From: Candidatus Heimdallarchaeota archaeon
GTDB lineage: Archaea; Asgardarchaeota; Heimdallarchaeia; Heimdallarchaeales; Heimdallarchaeaceae
Direction: 5' to 3'
DNA length: 64,000 bases
Assembly (NCBI GenBank): GCA_030603365.1
Contig: JAUVXV010000007.1
Coordinates: forward strand, 1-64,000
Position 1 is the first letter of the stretch; each line of letters opens with the position of its first letter. The notes below the pieces were generated by a model. The model was not told where the DNA came from and ran no database searches. It saw only the letters and a program-made list of their open reading frames with translations. Below are positions 29,837-40,386 of the stretch, in pieces. Both the position numbers and the translations under genes were made by a program.

Positions 29837-30796
29837 ATGGTTCGCACTGTACTTCTAGATGAAATAAAAACAATTTTAGAGACAACAGACGTAATAAAAT
29901 TAATCGAAGAAGGCTTTATTTCATATTCAAAAGGAAACGTTATTGTTCCTCCTGTTGGTGAGATGATTTTTGAAGATCCCCCTGGTGAATGTCACATCAA
30001 ATATGGTTACATCAAAATGGATGACTATTATGTGATTAAGATAGCTTCTGGATTTTATAATAATCCGGAACTTAATCTCCCTGCATTTGATGGATTAATG
30101 CTTTTATTCAGTCAAAAAACAGGTCAGTTATTGAGTGTTTTGCTGGATGAAGGTCATTTAACAAATATTAGAACAGCTGCAGCTGGTGCCATTGCTTCAA
30201 AATATATGGCACCTAAGCAAGTGGAAAGAATAGGTGTTTTTGGTGCCGGTACTCATGGGAGATTGCAACCAATCTATCTTCAGAAAATTTTAGATTGCAA
30301 GAACATTATTACTTGGGGTATGAATCAAGAAGAACTGGATGTTTATCAGAGAGATATGGAGAAACTAGGATATACTGTTGAAACGACCATGAATCCTGAA
30401 GATATAACCTCAACATGCAATCTAATTGTGACTTGCACTCCTTCAAAGGAACCTCTAATTATGGCAGAACAGATAAACGAAGGAACTCATATTACAGCTT
30501 TAGGTTCTGACACTCCTGAAAAACAAGAATTAGATTCAGCTATACTCAAAAAAGCTAATCGACTAGTAGTAGATAGCATCGAACAATGTATGTCAAGAGG
30601 AGAGAGTTTCAAAGCTATGCAATCTGGAATGATTACACAAGAGAAAATGATTGAATTAGGTAATGTTATTTCTAATAAGAATCTTCAAAGACAGTCTGAT
30701 AATGAAATAACTGTAGTTGATCTAACAGGTGTTGCAATTCAAGATATACAGATAGCTAAAGCTATTTGGGAAGCTTTAACCAAGAATGAAAAATAG
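29837..30796 (+). CDS. Ornithine cyclodeaminase / mu-crystallin family protein
   Basis: LTNIRTAAAG, GAG, GSD...KQEL and DLTGVAIQD. Confidence 0.92.
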   Translation: MVRTVLLDEIKTILETTDVIKLIEEGFISYSKGNVIVPPVGEMIFEDPPGECHIKYGYIKMDDYYVIKIASGFYNNPELNLPAFDGLMLLFSQKTGQLLSVLLDEGHLTNIRTAAAGAIASKYMAPKQVERIGVFGAGTHGRLQPIYLQKILDCKNIITWGMNQEELDVYQRDMEKLGYTVETTMNPEDITSTCNLIVTCTPSKEPLIMAEQINEGTHITALGSDTPEKQELDSAILKKANRLVVDSIEQCMSRGESFKAMQSGMITQEKMIELGNVISNKNLQRQSDNEITVVDLTGVAIQDIQIAKAIWEALTKNEK

Positions 30797-30859
30797 AATA
30801 GAAATTCCTTTGCACTTACCTTCACAAGTAATCTTTTATTCAAAAAATAGTATTATATT

Positions 30860-31135
30860 ATGAACCTAATGTTTTCTGATGAAATAACCTGTCCTAAATG
30901 CTTTACATCAGGTGTTACCATTCTGGAGAAAATTGAAAGTAAGCATTTAGATAATGGTGTTTTCTATCGAATTATCGAGTTGACTTTAGTCTGTAAAAAA
31001 GGATGTTGGCATAATTGGCATGAATATTATAAAGTTACACTCAAAGATTTTAACGAAGATGAAAGAATAGTTAAACTACCGTTTTTCAGAGATGAAATAA
31101 TCAATCCAAACCAGATCAACTTCAACAAGGAATAG
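30860..31135 (+). CDS. Small zinc-finger-like protein
   Basis: CPKC...CxxxCxH in a 91-aa ATG ORF. Confidence 0.6.
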   Translation: MNLMFSDEITCPKCFTSGVTILEKIESKHLDNGVFYRIIELTLVCKKGCWHNWHEYYKVTLKDFNEDERIVKLPFFRDEIINPNQINFNKE

Positions 31136-31224
31136 TTTTCTAATCCTCCAGAAGTCAAGATAAATTCATTTTAATACAAAAGAACAAATATTTACTGTTG
31201 AACAGACAATTCATTTCTCTTTTT

Positions 31225-32418
31225 CTATCTTTTTTCTGATTTAATAGCTTTATATATCCAATTCATGCATTCTTCCAATATTATTCTTGGACAAGCAACA
31301 TTGATTCTTTCAAAACCTTCTCCTCCTGCTCCAAACAAGCTTCCACTATCTAAAGCCACTTTAGCTTTCTTTAGTAAGAAATCTTTTCTATCATCATCTG
31401 ACATACCTAAAGAACTGAAATCTAACCAAGCAAGATAGGTTCCTTCAGGTTTAATCATTTCTACATCAGGTAAATACTCTTCTAAATATCCTTTCAAAAA
31501 TCTGAAATTCTCCTCAACATATTCCATCACTTGACCTAACCATTCATCTCCTTCACCATATGCTGCAATTGTAGCAACAATACTGAAAGCATTTGGGATA
31601 CTTAGATTATTCTGACCAACAATTCCATTAGTGAATCTTTCTCTTATTTTTTCATTTGGAATAATAATGCTAGAATTTTGTAAACCAGCAATGTTGAAGG
31701 TTTTACTTGGTGCAGCACCAATAATAGAAATTTCATTGAATTCTTCTTTGATATCTGAAAAAATAGTGTGTTTGTATCCTTTTAGAGTGAGATCATGGTG
31801 TATTTCATCTGATACTACTAAAACATCATTTTCTAGACAAATTTCTCCTAATCTAGTCAGTTCTTCTTTTGTCCATACTCTACCAACAGGATTGTGGGGA
31901 GAACATAATATGAATATCTTTGTCAGAGGGTCTTTAGCTTTTTCCTCAAAATCATCAAAATCGAATGAGTATTTTTTATTCTCATACTTCAGCTGATTGT
32001 TAAGAAGTTGTCTTCCATTGTTCTTTATTGCAGAAAAGAAAGGATAATACACTGGAGATTGAACAATTATCTTATCACCTGGTATGGAAAATGTTCGAAT
32101 AATTACATTTATCGCAGGAACAATTCCAGGACTAAAAACGATCCAATCGTTGTCAATTTGCCAATTATGTCTTCTTTTCATCCAACCTGATATAGAATCA
32201 AAATACTCTGGAGTTTTATGCCAGCTGTAACCATAGATGCCTTCTTCGGCTTTTTTCTTAACCGCATCAATTACTGGTTGTGGACATTGGAAATCCATAT
32301 CAGCAACCCATAAAGGTAAAACATCAGCTGTTTCAAAGAATTCTTCAAGGAGAGCTTTATCCCATTTTACAGAATGAGTATTAGTTCTGTCAATGACTTG
32401 ATCAAAATCATATTTCAT
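31225..32418 (-). CDS. patB: MalY/PatB family cystathionine beta-lyase
   Basis: PLWVADMDF, LCSPHNPVGRVW, SDEIH, APSKTFNIAGL, EGTYLAWLDF and RINVACP. Confidence 0.93.
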   Translation of the reverse strand: MKYDFDQVIDRTNTHSVKWDKALLEEFFETADVLPLWVADMDFQCPQPVIDAVKKKAEEGIYGYSWHKTPEYFDSISGWMKRRHNWQIDNDWIVFSPGIVPAINVIIRTFSIPGDKIIVQSPVYYPFFSAIKNNGRQLLNNQLKYENKKYSFDFDDFEEKAKDPLTKIFILCSPHNPVGRVWTKEELTRLGEICLENDVLVVSDEIHHDLTLKGYKHTIFSDIKEEFNEISIIGAAPSKTFNIAGLQNSSIIIPNEKIRERFTNGIVGQNNLSIPNAFSIVATIAAYGEGDEWLGQVMEYVEENFRFLKGYLEEYLPDVEMIKPEGTYLAWLDFSSLGMSDDDRKDFLLKKAKVALDSGSLFGAGGEGFERINVACPRIILEECMNWIYKAIKSEKR

Positions 32419-32636
32419 ATACTTTCAATTCAAAACATCTGAACTATTTCTTAAATATTTAGCAGTAAGAAATCAGGAAATTAACAGTTAGAATCTGTTT
32501 TTGTGAAGTTTCATCTATTATTGGATAAAGTTTATAATTTTTAAAGTAGAATTCAAGTAGTTACAAAAATAATTCTTTGGAATTATATTGAGATTATAAA
32601 AATTATAATAATTTTCGATATGAAGTTGATAAAAAA

Positions 32637-33623
32637 ATGAAGAAGAGAGTAGGAATTCCAAGAGCTTTACTTTATTACAAATTTATGGCATTGTGGACAA
32701 CATTTTTTGAGGAACTTGGTGCTGAGGTTATTATTTCTCCAGAAACAGATAAGACCATCAAAGATTTAGCAGTAAGCTTTGCTCCTGATGAAGATTGTTA
32801 CTCAACAAAATTATTTTTTGGTCATTTTCTATATCTTAAAGATAAAGTTGATTATTTTTTCATCCCAAGATTTGGGAGTGATCATGAGTTTAATGTTGGC
32901 TGCCCTAAATTTCTTGGTCTTGCTCATGTTTTAAATTCTCTTTTTCCAGATTTTCCAAAAATCATTATGCCCTATTATTCGCAAGCAAAAGCAAATCATG
33001 GCAAGAGACGAATACTTCGAATTATATTCGAAATAGGCTTTAAATTCTCTTATAATCCAATAAAAATTCTTAAGGCTGGAATTAGAGCTTTTAAAGCCCA
33101 AGCAGAATATGAAAATCAACTTTACATCACTGAACAGCAGTTAAAAAAATGGATAAAATCTAAAATTTTTCTAAATGGAAAACCAAATTTAGAAAATAGA
33201 GAAAAACCTTTGAAAATTGCATTAGTAGGACATCGTTATGTGTTAAATGATGAATTGTCTAATTTAAGTATTAGAGAAAGATTATTACAAGCAGGAGTGG
33301 ATATTATTACGTCTATACAAATGCCTAGAAGTTTAATTGAAAGTCAGATGGAAAAACTCGATTTTAACATGTACTTCAGTGATGAAAGAGAGATTCTTGG
33401 AACAATTTTGTATTTTCTAGAGAATAATATTATAGATGGGATATTACAACTAGCTATCTTCAGCTGTGGTCCTGATTCAATAATTTTAGAATTAGCTTCG
33501 AGGTACTCAAGGAGACAACCTGAAACGCCATTATTACAACTTGTACTAGATGAGCTAACCTCTGAAATAGGATTTAGTACACGCATAGAAGCGTTTATTG
33601 ATATGATCGATAGGAGGAATTAA
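32637..33623 (+). CDS. Acyl-CoA dehydratase activase-related protein (DUF2229-like)
   Basis: VGIPRALLYY, CPKFLGL, FSCGPDS and DE...TRIEAFIDM. Confidence 0.85.
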   Translation: MKKRVGIPRALLYYKFMALWTTFFEELGAEVIISPETDKTIKDLAVSFAPDEDCYSTKLFFGHFLYLKDKVDYFFIPRFGSDHEFNVGCPKFLGLAHVLNSLFPDFPKIIMPYYSQAKANHGKRRILRIIFEIGFKFSYNPIKILKAGIRAFKAQAEYENQLYITEQQLKKWIKSKIFLNGKPNLENREKPLKIALVGHRYVLNDELSNLSIRERLLQAGVDIITSIQMPRSLIESQMEKLDFNMYFSDEREILGTILYFLENNIIDGILQLAIFSCGPDSIILELASRYSRRQPETPLLQLVLDELTSEIGFSTRIEAFIDMIDRRN

Positions 33624-33624
33624 G

Positions 33625-34734
33625 CTGCCTTTTACTTACCCACACTTTGGAACTTTAACATATGTTTTTGAAATAATTCTTAGAGAAATTGGAAGAACAG
33701 ATATTATGATTCCAAAAAAACCAACCAGGAAAACTTCTGAACTTGGATCACGTCACTCACCAGAATTTGTGTGTACTCCCTTCAAACTAACTCTTGGAAC
33801 TTTTATAGAGATGCTAGATATGGGGGCTGATGAGCTCGGGATAGGAGGAGGTAATATGTATTGTCGCTTTGGTCTTTATTGGCCAGTTCAGAAACTCATT
33901 TTAGAAGACTTAGGTTATGATTTCAAATTCTATCCTATACCAATTTATGATAAACCGCTTAACATTGTTAAATCAATTCAAGCTGTAAGCAAAGATTTAA
34001 CCGTTTGGGAAGCAATTAAAGCTTTTAGAATGACATGGATCAAAACCAGATATATTGAACTAGTAGACAAATTACATTTCAAATACAGAACTTTGGAACT
34101 TGAAAAGCGGCAAGCTGATAGACTCACAAAAGAAACTCACAGAAAGATAGTAGAAATGAAAGGTTTAGGAAATTTAAGGAGATATGGTAAACAAATTCCC
34201 GAGTTGTTCGCAAAGACTATCGAAATTGATAAGGAAAAACAGAGAAACACTATAAGGATTGGTGTATGTGGTGAAATCTATGTTGCTCTAGAACCTACTT
34301 TAAATCTAGATGTTCACAGAAAACTGAATGAATTGGGAGTAATTACTGAAAACACTGTTTCCTTTGGAATGCTGATCGATTTTGGTCGAAAAATAAACCC
34401 ATTTACAACTTTACACTATCAAAAGGCACGAAAAGTAGCTAAACCCTATATAGGACAAAGGTGTGGGGGAGAAGCTCAAGAAAATATAGGCGATATAATT
34501 CTCTATAAAAGGAAGAAATGGGATGGATTGGTTCACCTATATCCTTTTACTTGTATGCCCGAGATAATTACTAGAAGTATCGCTCCTCAAGTTAGTAAGG
34601 AGTATGATATGCCTTTCTTATCATTGGTTATTGATGAGCACACAGGGGAAGCAGGTTATCAAACAAGATTAGAAGCTTTTGTGGATTTATTACATATAAA
34701 GAAAGAGAAAATTGCAGCTAGAAAAAATAATTAA
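33625..34734 (+). CDS. CoA protein activase-related protein, probable CTG start
   Basis: SPEFVCTPFK, CRFG, GEIY, PFTCMPEI and DEHTGEAGYQTRLEAF. The family-like N-terminus (TYPHFG) lies upstream of ATG 33706, in frame from CTG 33625. Confidence 0.8.
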   Translation: MPFTYPHFGTLTYVFEIILREIGRTDIMIPKKPTRKTSELGSRHSPEFVCTPFKLTLGTFIEMLDMGADELGIGGGNMYCRFGLYWPVQKLILEDLGYDFKFYPIPIYDKPLNIVKSIQAVSKDLTVWEAIKAFRMTWIKTRYIELVDKLHFKYRTLELEKRQADRLTKETHRKIVEMKGLGNLRRYGKQIPELFAKTIEIDKEKQRNTIRIGVCGEIYVALEPTLNLDVHRKLNELGVITENTVSFGMLIDFGRKINPFTTLHYQKARKVAKPYIGQRCGGEAQENIGDIILYKRKKWDGLVHLYPFTCMPEIITRSIAPQVSKEYDMPFLSLVIDEHTGEAGYQTRLEAFVDLLHIKKEKIAARKNN

Positions 34735-34751
34735 GAAGAAAACAATGACTT

Positions 34752-35918
34752 TCAGCTAAGTAGATTAAGGATTTCTTCCCACTCATTCTTATCATGCAGA
34801 ACTTTCAGAAGTTCATCTTCTTCAAGGGTACTTTTGTTGTTGAAACCATATTCCAAAGACATTCTAAGATACTTGAAGGACTCCATTATGTCAGTGATTG
34901 CTGCATAGTAGGTTGATAACCTAAAAATAAACATACTCAGAGGGAATTCTTCCCGGATAATTACTACTTCTTCAAACTCTGGATCTTTATCTACAAATGC
35001 TCTGAGTACCCGTTCATAACACTCTGTTGCTTTTTTGTAATTCTTCTTACTAGCCTGAGTAAAACCATGAACAATCCAGTTATCAATTCTGTTAAAGAAA
35101 CATCCTGCTTTAGTATATTCAGTATGTCTTTCATAACCTATCTTTTCAGCTGCTTTCCATGAACCTATATTATTAGCACTGCAGTTCCAGCCCACAGATT
35201 TATACTTCTTTAATGCATATTCAGCTGTGGCTGAACCAACAATAGAAGCAAATCCTTTTTTCTGAAATTCTGGTTTTGTAGCAATTCCTACTTCTATCTC
35301 ATTATCGTCTGTTAGATATTCTAGAGTGCACCAACTAACTATTTCTTGATTATCTCTTACTAAATAGAACCCTTTATTTTCTTTAAGATGCTCTTCAAAT
35401 GGTAACCAATTCTCTTCTATTTCTTCAATTATCCATTCATAATTACTCAAATGTTTTTTTTCTAACAATGATAGATCAACTTGTTCAAGTGAATAACCTT
35501 TAGGAATGAGATCTCTCCAATTTTCATCTTTGATTTTGGTAATTTCATAATAATACCTTTCATAGAAATAGGGTTCTTTAAGAACGCTTTTCACACCTTC
35601 TAACCACTCAATATTAGATAAATAACAATCGATTTCATGCTGGTTATTTTGTAAAAATTCTTGAATTAGTTCTTCAAAAAGAATTCTTTGAAATTCAGTG
35701 TTAAATTTACTATTGTTAGCTCTTCCACCAAAGTAAAGCCTTGGAATAACTACAATAACAGCTGTTTGAGGTTCCTCTAAGTTATCAACATAGACTTTCT
35801 TGTCTATTGGAGTATGTTCTAGGTGACTTCTATAGATATTTAGGAAGGATGAATCGTGGAATAAATGTCTAACAGAGCGATATTTTTCCTTTGGTAGCAA
35901 ATAGACCATTGAAATCAC
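34752..35918 (-). CDS. GNAT acetyltransferase with C-terminal TPR-like region
   Basis: EVGIATKPEFQKKGFA (motif A) and WNC...NIGS..AEKIGY. Confidence 0.85.
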   Translation of the reverse strand: MISMVYLLPKEKYRSVRHLFHDSSFLNIYRSHLEHTPIDKKVYVDNLEEPQTAVIVVIPRLYFGGRANNSKFNTEFQRILFEELIQEFLQNNQHEIDCYLSNIEWLEGVKSVLKEPYFYERYYYEITKIKDENWRDLIPKGYSLEQVDLSLLEKKHLSNYEWIIEEIEENWLPFEEHLKENKGFYLVRDNQEIVSWCTLEYLTDDNEIEVGIATKPEFQKKGFASIVGSATAEYALKKYKSVGWNCSANNIGSWKAAEKIGYERHTEYTKAGCFFNRIDNWIVHGFTQASKKNYKKATECYERVLRAFVDKDPEFEEVVIIREEFPLSMFIFRLSTYYAAITDIMESFKYLRMSLEYGFNNKSTLEEDELLKVLHDKNEWEEILNLLS

Positions 35919-35982
35919 AACAAGTTGATTTAAAACAGTTATAAATTTATTGAAGTTAATATCTAACTATATTGAAAGAAGG

Positions 35983-36681
35983 CTAAAGAAAATCAGTCAT
36001 TTGTTTCTGAATATATTTCTTGTAGGTATCTCCCCTCCTTACCCACTCAACACCTTTTTCTCTTTCAGGAGTAGTTGGAATACCCTCACAATCTCTTCTC
36101 ACAATAGATTTTATATCTCCATAACCTTGATAGGAATACCCGTAAGTTTCAACTAATTCAGAAGCAGTTGCTCTAACTTCAGCTTCATTGTAGTGCAAAG
36201 CTGCTGTTAGTGGAGCTATCGCGAATGGATCTTTCAAATCCTTTAATGCAGTTATAAGTGATTTAACAGCTGGTTTACCTATTTTCTCAAGAGCATAAAC
36301 AGCATATTCTCTAACAATTTCATCTTCCTTTTCATCCATGAGAGTTGCAATTAGAGGATCAATAGCACTTGCTTTACCAATTTTTCCCAAAGTTTCTACT
36401 GCACAAATTCTCACACTACTTTGATAGTTACTCAATTCAGCTATTAAAGATGGAACAGCTTTTACACCAAATTTTAGTAGTGCAGAAGATGCAGCAAAAC
36501 GAATTTTCTTATCTTCATCTTTCATAGCAGAAATAAGAGGATCAATTACAGGTTCTCCAATCTTAACTAGAGCGTTCATAGTCTGAGAAATAAACCTAGT
36601 ATTCTTGTTTTTTAGTTCAGAGATTAAAGAGTGTATATCCCCTGAATTTTCAAAATTTTCAATATACTTGTTTACACTCAT
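35983..36681 (-). CDS. HEAT-repeat (PBS lyase-like) protein
   Basis: Repeated LIxAL.D...VR..A..ALxKIG. Confidence 0.85.
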   Translation of the reverse strand: MSVNKYIENFENSGDIHSLISELKNKNTRFISQTMNALVKIGEPVIDPLISAMKDEDKKIRFAASSALLKFGVKAVPSLIAELSNYQSSVRICAVETLGKIGKASAIDPLIATLMDEKEDEIVREYAVYALEKIGKPAVKSLITALKDLKDPFAIAPLTAALHYNEAEVRATASELVETYGYSYQGYGDIKSIVRRDCEGIPTTPEREKGVEWVRRGDTYKKYIQKQMTDFL

Positions 36682-36862
36682 AGCTAGCCCTACTGAGGAA
36701 CTAAAGTTTGAACCTTAACACAAACAGAAGAAATAGTGAATATAAAAAGTATTTCCCTATATATAAAGAAATGAAATACTGTCTTACAAATCTAAAAAAT
36801 TCTTCTTTCAGAAATTTTTATATTTGAGAACTAATTAATCTATGTGTTTGAGGAAATTCTAA

Positions 36863-39160
36863 ATGTCTGAAGATATTAATGAATTGTATAACAATGTTGA
36901 ATATCTTTTTAGAGATGGTCAGTATGCAGAGGCATTATACAAAATAAACGAATCTTTGGACTATCTATGGCAAGTAAAGTTCAGTCCTCAAGTTATTCTC
37001 AGACTGACTGCTCTAAAATTATCAGTTTTAGTAAAATTAAAAGAATATGATAAAGCAGTTGAACTAGCAGATGATTTATTAGATCAATGTTCTGATCTGG
37101 ATCTAAAACACATTATAATAGATACTTTACTTGATAAAGCAGAAATTTATATCGACCTAAGAGATAAAAACGAAACAGAGAAGGTTCTGGAAGAAGCAAC
37201 AAGATTAATAGAAGATACTAGAGGCATTGATAAAGAGCTTTACATTGAAAATGTTGCAAAACTTAATATTGTTGTTGGGAAGCACAAAATATCATTGAAT
37301 CAATTTTTCAGATCAATTGATAATTTCGAAGAAAGTTTGAAAAAATATAGACAAATTAGTAATCTCTATGGAATTTCAACAAGTCTCTATTATCTTGGTA
37401 GAGCGCTTTATTTGTCTGGAGAATTCGAAACTGCTGAGAATTTCTGGGATCAAAGTTTTGAAATGTTTCAAGATTTGGGATATAAAAGACCTCTAGTTGA
37501 CTATTACATTGGTAAAGCAGGGATATTCTTCAATAAAGGTCTTCTTAGTCAAGCCTTAGAAACTATAGGAAAAGCGACCATACTTTGCGAAGAATTAGGT
37601 GATGATCTATCTTTAGCTAAAATATATCACAGAACTGGATATATCTACAAAGCTTCTAGTAATTATGATAAATCTCTTGAATATATTTTAAAAAGTAAGA
37701 CTTTTTTTGAAAAGATGGATTTGGAACATGAAGTCGCGAAAACATATTTGGATATAGCAGGAATTTACCGAAATACAGGCAATTATAATCTAGCTCTTAA
37801 TCATCTTAATCAACATTTACAAATAAAAAGAAAGTTGGATGATGAATTAGGAGTAACAATTGCATTATGTTCAATGGGAAGAATTCACTTGATTTTAGGA
37901 AATCTTGAAGTAGCAGAAAAATGTTATATTAATGCTCTAGAAATTGCTATGAATCATGGAAGGCAAGAAACCCTGAGTAATGTTTATTTTAGTTTGGGTG
38001 ATTTTTATTACCTTCTTGGTGATTTGGAGAAATCGTCTAAGAACTATCTACAGAGTCTCCAAATTAGAGAGAAGATAAATAAAGTGTTTCTTATAGCATC
38101 ATCCCTTAAGTCCTTAATTAGTATAAATTTAGATTTAAAATTAAATAAACTAGCAGAAGGATTTCTTCAAAATCTTAAGAAATTATCTGAAACAACAGAA
38201 AACCTCAGTATTAATCAGATGTATAGGCTAGCTGAAGCAATCTACACAAAAACCACTGGTTCAGTAAGAGAAAGACAAAAAGCTTCAGTTATTTTAGAGC
38301 ACATTGCTCAAGAAGAAGTTATTGATTATATGATTAAAATTGAAGCATTATTACATTTGAGTGAATGGTTACTCTGGGAAATATCTCAAACAGAAAATGA
38401 AGAAATATTAGAGGAAATTAATGTACATCTAGAAGCATTAGAGAAAATCGCTCGAAGCCAAAATATGTATCCACTTCTAGCGGAATCATTACTTCTACAA
38501 GCTGAATTATCATTAATTGAGTTGAAAGTAGAAAAGGCAAGAGAAATCTTTGCCGAAGGATTAAGACTTGCAGAAAGTAAAGGTTTAAGAAAATTAGCAA
38601 TTAAAATTTCTAATGAATATGATCAGCTTCTAGATCAACTAGGTTTGTGGGAAGAATTTACATTAAGGTTACCATCTATTGCAGAAAAACTAGAACTTTC
38701 ACATATTGAAGAAAGATTGAATGAAGTAGTTAAGAAGAGATCTGCACTTAGTAGAGGTGTTGAAGCAGAAGAAGAACAACCAGTAATGTTTATGATCTTC
38801 TCAACCGAAAGCTCAATTCTCTTTTCTGAATATTTTGAAGAATTTGATGGTCATCAAATATCAACAAAAATCTTGCAAACATTAAAAGATTATACAATTG
38901 AATTAAAAGAAAACAAAGAAGAAAGAATACGTCTTGAGGATTATACTATTCTTTTTCAGAGCTTTAAATCCATCGTACTATGTTATGTATATATTGGAAA
39001 ATCTTACCTAGCAACACAAAAACTAGCAGAGTTTTGTAAATTATTAAGCAAATCAAAGAAAACACTAGATAAATTGCTCATCGCAGAAAAAAACAATACA
39101 AGTCTACAATATGAAGAAAGAGTTGAAATCTCTAAATTTATAGATGAAATATTCTCATAA
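36863..39160 (+). CDS. Large TPR protein with C-terminal longin-like domain
   Basis: Many TPR units; C-terminal beta/alpha module (PVMFMIF...YTILFQ...LCYVYIGKSY.A..KL..F). Confidence 0.8.
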   Translation: MSEDINELYNNVEYLFRDGQYAEALYKINESLDYLWQVKFSPQVILRLTALKLSVLVKLKEYDKAVELADDLLDQCSDLDLKHIIIDTLLDKAEIYIDLRDKNETEKVLEEATRLIEDTRGIDKELYIENVAKLNIVVGKHKISLNQFFRSIDNFEESLKKYRQISNLYGISTSLYYLGRALYLSGEFETAENFWDQSFEMFQDLGYKRPLVDYYIGKAGIFFNKGLLSQALETIGKATILCEELGDDLSLAKIYHRTGYIYKASSNYDKSLEYILKSKTFFEKMDLEHEVAKTYLDIAGIYRNTGNYNLALNHLNQHLQIKRKLDDELGVTIALCSMGRIHLILGNLEVAEKCYINALEIAMNHGRQETLSNVYFSLGDFYYLLGDLEKSSKNYLQSLQIREKINKVFLIASSLKSLISINLDLKLNKLAEGFLQNLKKLSETTENLSINQMYRLAEAIYTKTTGSVRERQKASVILEHIAQEEVIDYMIKIEALLHLSEWLLWEISQTENEEILEEINVHLEALEKIARSQNMYPLLAESLLLQAELSLIELKVEKAREIFAEGLRLAESKGLRKLAIKISNEYDQLLDQLGLWEEFTLRLPSIAEKLELSHIEERLNEVVKKRSALSRGVEAEEEQPVMFMIFSTESSILFSEYFEEFDGHQISTKILQTLKDYTIELKENKEERIRLEDYTILFQSFKSIVLCYVYIGKSYLATQKLAEFCKLLSKSKKTLDKLLIAEKNNTSLQYEERVEISKFIDEIFS

Positions 39161-39178
39161 AAAAAAGAGAGAAAAAAA

Positions 39179-40093
39179 CTAAATATTCGTAATTTTTTTT
39201 CTTCTTTTTTTGAGGATTACACAAAATACTGTTACCATTAGTCCTAGGAAGACTGAAATGAATTCATAATCAGTTTCACCTACTGGAGGATATGCTAAAC
39301 CGGTTACCGTAACATTACCTATTACTCCGGCATTACTACCTGCTTGAACAGAGTATTTTGATGGGGTACTAGCAAAACCAGATAATGTAGTATCTACACC
39401 AGAGTATGTATCATTTACTGTATGGGTTATATTATTGCAGCATTCAAATTCTTTCAATTCAATATGTATCCATGGAGTTGTAGTGTAGCCAACATTAGCT
39501 TTTAATTTAGGATTTTCCGTTGGTTTCTCACTATTATCTTTTGAGAGTGGTAGTGGCCAATCCCAACAATCTTCATCATCACAAAAACCAAATGAACTAA
39601 ATGTCGTAAATCCTAACCCAAGAGTATTTAGAGATAGTGGAAATATTGTTGTATCAGCGTTATTAGAAGCATTAACATAAATAGTGTTATGGTGACCTAC
39701 TGTAAAGTTTTCATGTGCATCAAAACTGAATTCAAATATGTTATATGTATTAGGGTCTGGGGGTTCATAATTATTTCCAGTTCTTGTCCCAGGTACTTCT
39801 GAACCTGCTATTCCTTCTATTGCAAAGTGATATTCAAATAGTCTGTCATCAAAGTCATTTATAGATACATTAACTTGGGATAGTTTAGACACAGAATCAT
39901 ATATTGTACAATATATCCACCCAGTTAGAAGGAATTTTTCAAGGTTTAAGGTTATATTAGGTGCGATCCAATCAACAACTTGGAAGGTTGAAGGACGTTC
40001 TGGTTGAATATCAAAAGCTATAGAATTAGTGGGAGAGAAAATACTAATTGATAACATAAGAAAACATAATAAAAAGCTTGCTTTTTTTATCAT
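39179..40093 (-). CDS. Secreted/cell-surface protein with C-terminal TM anchor
   Basis: Signal peptide, many N-x-S/T sequons, C-terminal TM followed by KKRRKK. Confidence 0.75.
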   Translation of the reverse strand: MIKKASFLLCFLMLSISIFSPTNSIAFDIQPERPSTFQVVDWIAPNITLNLEKFLLTGWIYCTIYDSVSKLSQVNVSINDFDDRLFEYHFAIEGIAGSEVPGTRTGNNYEPPDPNTYNIFEFSFDAHENFTVGHHNTIYVNASNNADTTIFPLSLNTLGLGFTTFSSFGFCDDEDCWDWPLPLSKDNSEKPTENPKLKANVGYTTTPWIHIELKEFECCNNITHTVNDTYSGVDTTLSGFASTPSKYSVQAGSNAGVIGNVTVTGLAYPPVGETDYEFISVFLGLMVTVFCVILKKRRKKITNI

Positions 40094-40386
40094 TGCAAAA
40101 AATATGTAATGATTCCTTCTACTTAAACTTTGTTAGAATTGGCAGATTTATTAGGTTTCAGAGCATAAAATAGCACTTTTAGTTTGATTTTCAAAAAATG
40201 AATTAGAATTCACTTGAAATTCAAGAAATACTTGAGCTCTGTATAATTCATACCACATTTATTTTGCTATTCAGTTGAATCCATATTAAAACAAAAATTA
40301 GGTGTTGGAAAAGTACTTAGAAAGATAATGTTTTACGCAATTTTTAAATCAATTAATATTATATAGATGAAATTAGAGGAGTTATC

